Source: Sphingomonadales bacterium UBA7471
GTDB lineage: Bacteria; Pseudomonadota; Alphaproteobacteria; Sphingomonadales; Sphingomonadaceae
Assembly: GCA_002479765.1 (NCBI GenBank)
Contig: DLOZ01000025.1
Span: 84,774-116,773 of the forward strand
Direction of reading: 5' to 3'
DNA: 32,000 bases
The notes beneath the pieces were generated by a model. The model made no database searches. It had not been told where the DNA came from and saw only the letters and a list, made by a program, of their open reading frames with translations. A program made the translations under genes and the position numbers. Shown in pieces: positions 8,501 through 15,054 of the stretch. Positions within the stretch are counted from its first letter, which is position 1. Each line of letters begins with the position of its first letter.

Positions 8501-8878
8501 ACGTTCACGCTGCCCATAGGTCCGCGCTAACCAATAGGCTACATGGAACAGCTCTTGGAGCAGTGTGACGGCGTCAGATTGCTTGCTGCCCTTGCCATGC
8601 GCAGCACGATTGCCGATCCCAATGATCACCGTGGACTTGGAGAAGATGGCCTCGCCCACCGTCTCTTTGAACCGTGGTTCGTGGACTCTTGCGCCAAGAC
8701 CTTCGTCATAGCAGTGAAGATTGCGATCTACGCGATAGAGCCATGCCACGATCTGTTCTAGCGCTATGCGCCCATAAAAGCAGGCCGCACGTGCATCGCT
8801 GTTGACATAGCCTTCGGCCTTCACGCAGGTGTCGTGAATTGCAAACCACTCACGCTGTAGGAAGGCAAAGTTACTCAT
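5525..8878 (-). CDS. hsdR: Type I restriction enzyme R subunit (EcoEI-like helicase-nuclease with N-terminal DUF4145-like extension)
   Basis: The 1117-aa product has an N-terminal IGNRAAHGKG region and a coiled coil. A PD-(D/E)xK region reads FVDYVLW...VVEAKR. SF2 helicase motifs are MATGSGKTRT, VIVDEAHRS and LTATP. The ATG lies 1 nt after the hsdS stop. Confidence 0.95.
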   Translation of the reverse strand: MSNFAFLQREWFAIHDTCVKAEGYVNSDARAACFYGRIALEQIVAWLYRVDRNLHCYDEGLGARVHEPRFKETVGEAIFSKSTVIIGIGNRAAHGKGSKQSDAVTLLQELFHVAYWLARTYGQRERPNPSLQFDAAKLPPSRTQAAIPIAQLEATEEKLREQEKANVALREELAQLQEEIARVRAANDAVKDTHDYNEEQTRDYFIDLLLNEAGFALDKPQDREYEVQGMPNNQGIGFVDYVLWGADGLPLAVVEAKRTKRDPRVGQQQAKLYADCLEAKFKRRPVIYYTNGYEHHFWDDSAAPPRRVQGFHTRDELELLMQRRTTKAVLADIKIDDEIAGRVYQQQAIRSVAEAIETHKQRRSLVVMATGSGKTRTVIALVDLLMRANYVKRVLFLADRISLVKQASREFGKHLSSAGIVNLLDDADANGRVYVSTYPTMLNLINNSKEETRKFGIGFFDLVIVDEAHRSIYAKYGALFDYFDSYLVGLTATPKNEVDHNTYRMFQLERGVPTFAYSLEDAIREKHLVPPVAVSVPLRFQREGIKYENLSEEEKQQWDELDWGDGEAPDEVSAKALNQWLFNKDTVDRVLEHLMTKGERVASGDRLGKTIIFAKNNDHAEFIAERFNVNYPQYKGTFARVITFKTEYAQSLIDSFSKKESDPHIAISVDMLDTGIDVPEILNLVFFKQVHSRTKFWQMIGRGTRLCENVYGPNQHKKFFYIFDFCQNFEYFNQNPELTDGSKTESLDTKLFKMRLSLIGEIDNQNRPKPSEDQREHEQNLKASLATHLYEIVSKMTLDNIIVRPKRLWLEKYSVRDAWKSLGNPELTEIAENLAHLPSQLRDTEEEAKRFDFMILNAQLNCLQMLAVDEKLRTVIQQIMMALEEQSNVPAIRAQMPLIQSVASDEWWEGVTVGMLEHVRKQLRMLMKLIEKTKRNIVYTDFEDELGESTVITLPIGSDGIDYERFKAKTRDFLRQYQDNLALNKLRRNVPITKTDLEELERILLEQANGNKELVEQASKEGNGLGLFVRSLIGLEKDAALEAMARFLSDTSANTKQITFLKLIVDQLTQDGAMSDERLYESPFIDLASTGPTAIFSIARVDEIRAVLKEIRERAVA

Positions 8879-8879
8879 G

Positions 8880-9980
8880 TCAATTCACCGCGAATGATTC
8901 ATTTTGTAGCGAAATACGCAGAGCCAATAAATGCTGCTTGCTCACTTCAAAATCTGTACGACGATGTTCCATTTCATTTACAAGCGCTGCAAATTTATTC
9001 TGCAACTGAATGGGTGGAACAATGATTTCTCGGCTGCGCGAAGTTGAGAGTGTTATGAATGGCTGACCTGCACCACGAACGTCCCATGACTTCTCATCAT
9101 TCAAAATTTGGAACAAAAAATCGATATTAATCCGATCTGATTTGGGTTTTATTGTTATTGTGTTTTTGATTGCCGTCCACTTTCCACTCGCTTTAAAACA
9201 CTTCCCACATCTTGCTCCAATAGCAGACAAAACGATGCCTCTACCATCATGCTCTGCTTCGGCAAGGAACCCATCCTGTCCTGAAGCACTGAAAGCAGGT
9301 ATTCCATCGTCGATATAACTTGCTTTGGTTATAGACGTGTTTCCCCATTCAATATCACACAAGCTACCGAGTTTGGTTCTCGACCAATTTTTGTTATTGG
9401 GTTTGTCATTTCCAAACATCTCGATGAACACACTTTCTGCAAGCTGATCAAGCTTTTCGATCGCAGTCTCACGTAAGCGCAGTAGATTGTCAGCGGTGTC
9501 CAACAGCGCGGCGATGCGCTGCTGCTCTGCGAGGGGTGGGAGGGGAATTTGTATTTTTTCAACGATAGACTTCGACACTTCCTTAAACGTTGCTCCGACG
9601 CCCATCGCCTCAATACGAGGCCTACTATATTTCAACAAATGAAATAGAAATTTAGAATCAAGGACAGAATGCCTTGGAACGAAGCTCTTAAAACCCTGAT
9701 TTGTTGCCATTGGTACACGATTGATAGCAACCAATCCAATCGGAGCTCGTGAACTAAACAGAACAGAGTTAATGGGCAGTACTGCTGCTGCGCAACTATC
9801 AAGACCTCTCTTCGTAATGCGCCGTGACGTCTTTTCGATATACGTTTCTCTTAGATCGCTTAGGTCCTTCGGAGTCGCCCAATAATGCTCGCCATCCCAA
9901 TACTCTGAAACGCTTGTACTAGGCGTTGCACCACTAACGATTTCGCAAACGTCACCCAATCGAACAAGAGGCCACGTCAT
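8880..9980 (-). CDS. hsdS: Type I restriction enzyme specificity subunit
   Basis: The 366-aa product has two variable halves. They are separated by the conserved helix LPPLAEQQRIAALLDTADNLLRLRE, and the protein ends with PPIQLQNKFAALVNEME. It overlaps the hsdM stop by 4 nt. Confidence 0.9.
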   Translation of the reverse strand: MTWPLVRLGDVCEIVSGATPSTSVSEYWDGEHYWATPKDLSDLRETYIEKTSRRITKRGLDSCAAAVLPINSVLFSSRAPIGLVAINRVPMATNQGFKSFVPRHSVLDSKFLFHLLKYSRPRIEAMGVGATFKEVSKSIVEKIQIPLPPLAEQQRIAALLDTADNLLRLRETAIEKLDQLAESVFIEMFGNDKPNNKNWSRTKLGSLCDIEWGNTSITKASYIDDGIPAFSASGQDGFLAEAEHDGRGIVLSAIGARCGKCFKASGKWTAIKNTITIKPKSDRINIDFLFQILNDEKSWDVRGAGQPFITLSTSRSREIIVPPIQLQNKFAALVNEMEHRRTDFEVSKQHLLALRISLQNESFAVN

Positions 9981-11515
9981 TTCAGCATTCCCTCAAGCTG
10001 CTTGAGACCTGCCTGAATCTCCGCTTCGAGAGCATTTAGCTCCGCTATCAACTGCAGAGGTGGAACATGCTCGACCTGCTCATGCACCACTTCCTTGTAT
10101 CGGTTCAAGCTGAGGTCGTAGTCAGCAGCGGCAATCTCTTCACGCGACACTGCAAAGCTCTGCTCAGTGCGACCACGTTTCCGCTCTGTCCCCTCACGCT
10201 CGTGCCATCGTGAGAGCACATCCGCAAGATTGTTCTTGGCATACTCATCAGCTGTAAGTGCTCGTGATGGATGCGTTCCCAACAGCTCTGCATCAAGCAA
10301 GGGCTGTCGCTTGTCATCCAAGCTCCAACCATCTGCGGTCATGTCATAAAACCACACCGTGTCCGTGCCGCCGCTGTTGGTCTTGGTAAAGAACAAGATC
10401 GCTGTGCTGACGCCTGCGTAGGGCTTGAACACGCCACTAGGCAGAGACACCACAGCATCAAGCTTCTGCTCTTCCACGAGTATGCGGCGCAGCTCCTTGT
10501 TGGCCTTGCTCGTCTTGAACAACACACCATCAGGGACAATCACAGCAGCACGGCCACCTGCCTTGAGCAGCTTGAGGAACAGTACGAGGAAAAGCAGTTC
10601 TGTATTCTTGGTCTTGACGACTGAGAGCAAGTCTTTGGCAGTGCCATCAAAGTCCAAGCTGCCTGCGAAGGGTGGGTTGGCAAGGATGAGGCTGTATTTT
10701 TCATCCTCAACCGCATAGTCCTGAGACAGAGAGTCTCTGTAGGTGATGTTGGGATTCTCAACACCATGCAAGAGCATGTTCATGCTGCCAATACGCAGCA
10801 TAGTGGTGTCAAAGTCATAGCCGTGGAACATATGGTTGTGGAAGTGATCACGGCTCTTGGCGTCCGCAAACAACTCTGTGCGCCGCTCGCGTAGGTACTC
10901 GCCTGCCGCTACAAGGAAGCCACACGTGCCACTCGCAGGATCACAGATCACGTCCTTGGCCGTGGGCTCGACCATCTCCACCATGAGCTTGATGATGTGG
11001 CGTGGTGTGCGGAACTGTCCGTTTTGGCCTGCGCTCGCGATCTTGCTGAGCATGTACTCATACAGGTCCCCCTTGGTGTCGCGCTCCTCCATGGGTATCT
11101 GATCAAGGAGGTCCACAACCTTGGCGAGCAGCGCAGGCGTGGGGATCGTGAAACGTGCGCCCTGCATCTGCTTGGCGTAGGTGCTGTTGTCGCCCCCTAC
11201 CTCACGCAAGAAGGGAAACACGTGTTCGCTGACCGTAGTGAACATGTCTTGTGGAGCCATGTTCTTCAGTCGGCTCCATCGCATGTCGTCGTACTTGCAG
11301 CCCTTACCGTCAGAGCCGCTTGGGAAAATCTTGCGCTCTTGTGCTCTTCCAAGCTGACGGCTTTTGTTCTCTTCTAGCGTCTCAAGCTCATCCAAGCGCC
11401 GTAGGAACAGAAGGTAGGTGATCTGCTCAAGCACTTCCAAAGGGTTAGCGATGCCGCCTGACCAAAAGCTGTCCCACACCCTATCGACTTGTGACCGCAG
11501 CTCACCTGTAAGCAT
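9977..11515 (-). CDS. hsdM: Type I restriction enzyme methyltransferase subunit (N6-adenine)
   Basis: The 512-aa product has the SAM motif VICDPASGTCGFLV, the catalytic LANPPFAGS, and an HsdM N-terminal helical domain. Confidence 0.95.
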   Translation of the reverse strand: MLTGELRSQVDRVWDSFWSGGIANPLEVLEQITYLLFLRRLDELETLEENKSRQLGRAQERKIFPSGSDGKGCKYDDMRWSRLKNMAPQDMFTTVSEHVFPFLREVGGDNSTYAKQMQGARFTIPTPALLAKVVDLLDQIPMEERDTKGDLYEYMLSKIASAGQNGQFRTPRHIIKLMVEMVEPTAKDVICDPASGTCGFLVAAGEYLRERRTELFADAKSRDHFHNHMFHGYDFDTTMLRIGSMNMLLHGVENPNITYRDSLSQDYAVEDEKYSLILANPPFAGSLDFDGTAKDLLSVVKTKNTELLFLVLFLKLLKAGGRAAVIVPDGVLFKTSKANKELRRILVEEQKLDAVVSLPSGVFKPYAGVSTAILFFTKTNSGGTDTVWFYDMTADGWSLDDKRQPLLDAELLGTHPSRALTADEYAKNNLADVLSRWHEREGTERKRGRTEQSFAVSREEIAAADYDLSLNRYKEVVHEQVEHVPPLQLIAELNALEAEIQAGLKQLEGMLK

Positions 11516-11576
11516 AATTTGTTACTCAATCCGTTTCGTTGACCTCTGCAAGGGCCGCGCAAAACAGCCCTTTTCG

Positions 11577-11605
11577 TTGACACTAGACTATGCCGTTGGT
11601 AGAGT
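11577..11605 (+). promoter_or_regulatory. Candidate sigma-70 promoter (TTGACA, 17-nt spacer, TAGAGT) for the H-NS-like/HEPN-like cassette
   Basis: TTGACA lies at 11577-11582 and TAGAGT at 11600-11605, 38 nt upstream of the ATG at 11643. The -35 element overlaps the second copy of the direct repeat TTTCGTTGAC. Confidence 0.4.
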
Positions 11606-11642
11606 CTTGTGTCAATTAAATCACTTCACTAAGGAACGCCTT

Positions 11643-11879
11643 ATGGGTCGCGTAGAAGAGCTTTTGGCAAAACAGAAACAGATCGAAGAAGACATCAAGC
11701 TCGCCATGGAAGAAGAGCGTGATGCCGTAGTCGCTGAGGTGCGTGAGAAAATCAAACGCTTCAATATCTCAGCCACTGAGCTTAAGGGACTTGTTAAGGG
11801 TCGCGTTACGCAGAAGCAGGTTGAGGATTACCTGAAGCGCAAGCAAGGCACAAAGACAGCGGCCAAGAAGAGCAAATGA
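11643..11879 (+). CDS. 78-aa H-NS N-terminal-domain-like protein lacking a DNA-binding domain
   Basis: An ATG at 11643 is preceded by AAGGA. The product MGRVEELLAKQKQIEEDIKLAMEEERDAVVAEVREKIKRFNISATELKGL has a coiled coil followed by an F-x-I-S-x-x-E-L segment, as in proteobacterial H-NS/HvrA-type N-termini. It ends in a short lysine-rich tail, with no C-terminal TWTGRG-type DNA-binding motif. Confidence 0.45.
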   Translation: MGRVEELLAKQKQIEEDIKLAMEEERDAVVAEVREKIKRFNISATELKGLVKGRVTQKQVEDYLKRKQGTKTAAKKSK

Positions 11880-11894
11880 TCACAAGGACTGTTG

Positions 11895-12470
11895 ATGCCC
11901 AATGCTCTCAACCTACCTGACCGATTTGGTAGATTTCGCCGATTAGCGCGAAGCACGTCACGAACTGAAGCTGCTTTTTTACTTAATCGCTTTGCCTATA
12001 GATATCGCCTTGCCAAGGATTTCGATGGCATTGTCGCACCCAATGTTGGCCAAACACGGCTTGGATATGAGCTGATTATTCGGCTCTTTTTGGCCTACAC
12101 AGCATATGAAGCTCTGATAAGCGCCGCACGGAAACTCAGGATCAAAGAGCTCCAATATCTCAGCAATAATTCAATCCTCAATGAAGCGTTAGCCAAGGCA
12201 CTGCGCAAAAACACTCAACTGAAATATTATCTACTTCAATACAAGCACAATGATGACGCTCGCGAGAAACTTAATACGTTTTATCGCACCTCACATGACG
12301 ATGTGCTTTGTATTGCATACGCTGTACGGAATACCTTTGCGCACGGCGACCTTACTGCTTCCGCGATCGGATTGAATAAGAAAACTAATAGAGACTCTCT
12401 CGAAAAACTCACAGAGGCGATTTTTGCTTACTGCAATGATAACTTTGTACGATGTATTGAAAGATTATGA
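11895..12470 (+). CDS. 191-aa hypothetical protein with an RNxxAHG motif (candidate HEPN-superfamily, Abi_2/DUF4145-like)
   Basis: An ATG at 11895 lies 6 nt after AAGGA. The motif AVRNTFAHGDLT fits the HEPN Rx4H signature. The rest looks helical, and FAYRYRL faintly recalls the Abi_2 YYRL motif. The gene starts 15 nt after the upstream gene stop. Confidence 0.4.
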   Translation: MPNALNLPDRFGRFRRLARSTSRTEAAFLLNRFAYRYRLAKDFDGIVAPNVGQTRLGYELIIRLFLAYTAYEALISAARKLRIKELQYLSNNSILNEALAKALRKNTQLKYYLLQYKHNDDAREKLNTFYRTSHDDVLCIAYAVRNTFAHGDLTASAIGLNKKTNRDSLEKLTEAIFAYCNDNFVRCIERL

Positions 12471-12553
12471 CTGCGCGCCAATGTCACCGAAGCAGATCAG
12501 ACAAAAATAGATTCACTCTACAAAAACCAACTTAGGCCGAAAGGGGCTTCGCC

Positions 12554-12895
12554 ATGGAAGACAACAAGATCAGCAACAAAGACCTTCTCAATATTATCAA
12601 GCATGGTCATGCATGGCCTGCAGATAAGATAAGAGATGCAATCCTCGAACTTTTGAGGTCTAGCTCTGCTCCGTACAGCCATGAGCTCGATTTCGATAGA
12701 GATGACAAGTATCACTTCATCTATGATGAGGAGTGCTACCTCTTTATCTTCGACGGAAAAATCGAATTAAGATGCGACAGAGATATTGGCACGAATGCGA
12801 ACAAAACCTTTGTTCATAAGATCAGCGAAGAAAAAGATATCACAGCTGCATATAAAGCCTTCAAGGCGCTGATCGCAGAGGCTGAGGAAGACTAG
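12554..12895 (+). CDS. 113-aa acidic hypothetical protein
   Basis: An ATG at 12554 is preceded by AGGGG. No motif was recognised. The ORF is D/E-rich (DFDRDDKYHFIYDEECYLFIFDG, AEAEED), and the reading frame is clean in AT-moderate DNA. Confidence 0.55.
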   Translation: MEDNKISNKDLLNIIKHGHAWPADKIRDAILELLRSSSAPYSHELDFDRDDKYHFIYDEECYLFIFDGKIELRCDRDIGTNANKTFVHKISEEKDITAAYKAFKALIAEAEED

Positions 12896-12898
12896 CCT

Positions 12899-13474
12899 CT
12901 AGACCAATTCAACGGCCTTGCGCTTCATGGCGTCATTGACGTCGATGTAGGCTTGTGTGGTGCTGATGTTGCGGTGTCCTGCGAGACTCTGCAGTACCCT
13001 TACACTCACACCCTTCTCAGCTAGGTTGGTAATGAAGGTTCTGCGTGGACTATGGCTCGTAGCGCCCTCTATGCCGCAGCTGCGAAACAGATAGTGGAAG
13101 AATTGGCACAGCGTGTTGGCCGTAAAGCCATCTGAGTCCTTTTTCTGCGTATAGAACAGCTTGTTAGCGAGCGACTTGGGCGGCACGCTCTTGACGTAGG
13201 CCTGCAGCTCCTTGCGCAGCTTGTCGCTCACAAAAACAGTCCTCCCATAGCGCCCTTTGGTCTGCTCAGCGTCCAAGCGGATTTCACTGCGCACAGCACC
13301 CTCAACATCAAGCACGTCCTCGTAGCGCAGCGCAGCACATTCCCCTACACGCAAGCCTGCTAGGTACATGGTCTGCAGCATTGCCCTATTCCGTGCTGCA
13401 TGACGTCTAGTTGCAACGTAATCAAGCGCCCTACGCAGCTCTACTGCAGTGAGTGTTTTGGCTTGCTTGCTCAT
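12899..13474 (-). CDS. Short tyrosine recombinase (FimB/FimE-sized, about 191 aa)
   Basis: Catalytic set: R in LAGLRVGECAAL, K in TKGRYGRTV, HSPRRTF (HxxR), AGHRNISTT (H), QAYIDV (Y). The HAARNR segment resembles FimB HAARNY. The start is placed at 13474 (TAAGGAAAGCACTA-ATG); a GTG at 13564 is an alternative. Confidence 0.8.
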   Translation of the reverse strand: MSKQAKTLTAVELRRALDYVATRRHAARNRAMLQTMYLAGLRVGECAALRYEDVLDVEGAVRSEIRLDAEQTKGRYGRTVFVSDKLRKELQAYVKSVPPKSLANKLFYTQKKDSDGFTANTLCQFFHYLFRSCGIEGATSHSPRRTFITNLAEKGVSVRVLQSLAGHRNISTTQAYIDVNDAMKRKAVELV

Positions 13475-13610
13475 TAGTGCTTTCCTTAATGTAAGCTTTT
13501 TAGTGCTCAAATTGTATTTTCTTTGATTCTGCTTTCCTACCGATTTTGGAGATTGCTTGCGCACAGTGTTTTCCTCAACGAATTCATGGAGTTACGCCTT
13601 CTCAAGCGCA

Positions 13611-13650
13611 AAACCAAAGCTTTTGCGTATTAGCTTTGGTTTTTTATTTA
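13611..13650 (+). terminator. Plus-strand intrinsic-terminator-like hairpin
   Basis: AAACCAAAGC (13611-13620) pairs with GCTTTGGTTT (13633-13642) and is followed by TTTTTATTT. An alternative pairing, CGCAAAA with TTTTGCG (13621-13627), competes for the left arm. Confidence 0.4.
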
Positions 13651-13815
13651 GCGGAAATTGTGTGGCTTTTGAGCAACGGCGGTTTAAACAGCACTACAGC
13701 AGCCTACAGCTGCCCTGCCCTTGCTGCGCTACCCAAGCCTAGCTAGCGTGCATGCGTGCGCTTGTAGGGCTTTTTAAGCAGTCGCTGTAGGATGCACTGC
13801 TTAGGAGCAGCAAAC

Positions 13816-14349
13816 ATGCCCAATTCTAAATTTACGCCCTCCGCCTACATCTTCACGGACGCTGTACAGCCTCGCTACACGCAGACATATGCAAATACGT
13901 TTTATGAAGAGCTAGACGTCAAGGATGCCCTGACGGACTCGATGGAAAAGACATCGCCCTCACTACACGATGCCGCAGTGAGCCTTTGGCATGCAGGGCT
14001 TTGTAAAGGCAGTGACAAAATCTTCGCGATATATCAACCAAGTGTGAAGCGCCTTCAATTGGCAGCTATAGCTGATTCAAGCAGGCCAATCGTGCTGATC
14101 GACACAAGAGAGAAGGCAGTCCTTTTAAGACGCTATCGAGCGGCTTTTGAGCTGATCGGAATGTATCGTACACGGCTTAGTGGTTTAGAGCCGATTAGAC
14201 GATCAATCCGATTGCCTAGCGCAAGCAAGACGAGAAACATTGATCAGCTGAGGAAGCGACTGCAGTTTGAGGAACGCGAACTATCAGAAAATATAAACCT
14301 CATGATGGATTTAGTTCTTCGTCAGTTTCGACAAGATCTATTTTTATAG
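13816..14349 (+). CDS. 177-aa hypothetical protein
   Basis: An ATG at 13816 lies 8 nt after AGGAG. No recognisable motif was seen. The C-terminal part is arginine-rich and helical (RLQFEERELSENINLMMDLVLRQFRQ). Confidence 0.55.
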   Translation: MPNSKFTPSAYIFTDAVQPRYTQTYANTFYEELDVKDALTDSMEKTSPSLHDAAVSLWHAGLCKGSDKIFAIYQPSVKRLQLAAIADSSRPIVLIDTREKAVLLRRYRAAFELIGMYRTRLSGLEPIRRSIRLPSASKTRNIDQLRKRLQFEERELSENINLMMDLVLRQFRQDLFL

Positions 14350-14513
14350 GTACAGCGCTTAATTATGGTGAAGATCGAATAGCTGACTGCTTGTTTACTT
14401 TGATGTCCGAGCTACGCTCGAACACCTCAAGCTGTTTCTTCTCTCACTAGCGTTCGTTCAGAAATAGCTTTCGTATTTTTTATTTTTCTCCGATCTTTAC
14501 TAGGAAGAGCACA

Positions 14514-14543
14514 AGCCACGCCCTGCTAAAGGGCGTAGCTTTT
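14514..14543 (+). terminator. Intrinsic terminator-like hairpin, 165 nt downstream of the 177-aa gene
   Basis: AGCcACGCCCT (14514-14524) pairs with AGGGCGTaGCT (14530-14540) around a 5-nt loop and is followed by TTT. Confidence 0.5.
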
Positions 14544-15054
14544 GACAATCTCTTTACTGAGGATTGACAACTGATATACACACAACTTGCTTGGTCGCAA
14601 GGTAAGGTAGGTTTTGCTATCACCTTTTATGTGCTCGCCTAACGCAGCACACTCACAGCCTATATCAGTAGCATTGTGGTGTGCATGTGGGTTTAATTGT
14701 GGCGTTCCCACTCACTTTCAGCCTATACATATTCGTACTTGCCTACATTCACGCATTACTGCGTTACCAACCATTACAGCATCGCAAACAGAACTGCCGC
14801 ATAGGGGCGTCGTTTAAGGCATCCAATGACTAGCATTGGGTAGTGCGATGAAGCGAACAGTGAGATGTTCGTTTGCTTACCGTCACACATCAGAACGGAT
14901 TTCGCAGCACTATAACAATCGGCGTGCTAACCTTTAATCCTCACTTTTTCATAGTTATTTATACAAAACCAAAGGATAGGAGAAATTTTCTGTTCGGTTG
15001 TCCTTAGTGTTATCAGAAGTTAAATTTAAGGCTCCACTTAAGAAAGGAGCTTTT

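Noticed and set aside
11418-11642. Long form (153 aa) of the H-NS-like ORF
   Set aside because: The upstream part overlaps the hsdM start and promoter region and has a non-protein-like composition. A good SD-ATG is found at 11643.
8880-13564. Phase-variable type I R-M shufflon (recombinase plus multiple hsdS)
   Set aside because: Only one complete hsdS is present. No partial hsdS copies or long inverted repeats lie between hsdM and the small recombinase.
14558-14943. 8-bp inverted repeat TGAGGATT / AATCCTCA flanking about 370 bp, as a FimS-like invertible switch
   Set aside because: An 8-bp inverted match is expected by chance several times in a 700-bp region. It is retained only as a test target under the recombinase finding.
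14350-15054. Retron msr/msd, ToxI-like tandem RNA repeats or a CRISPR array in the ORF-free stretch
   Set aside because: No reverse transcriptase or cas gene lies nearby, and no regularly spaced tandem repeats are present. Only dispersed short motifs occur.
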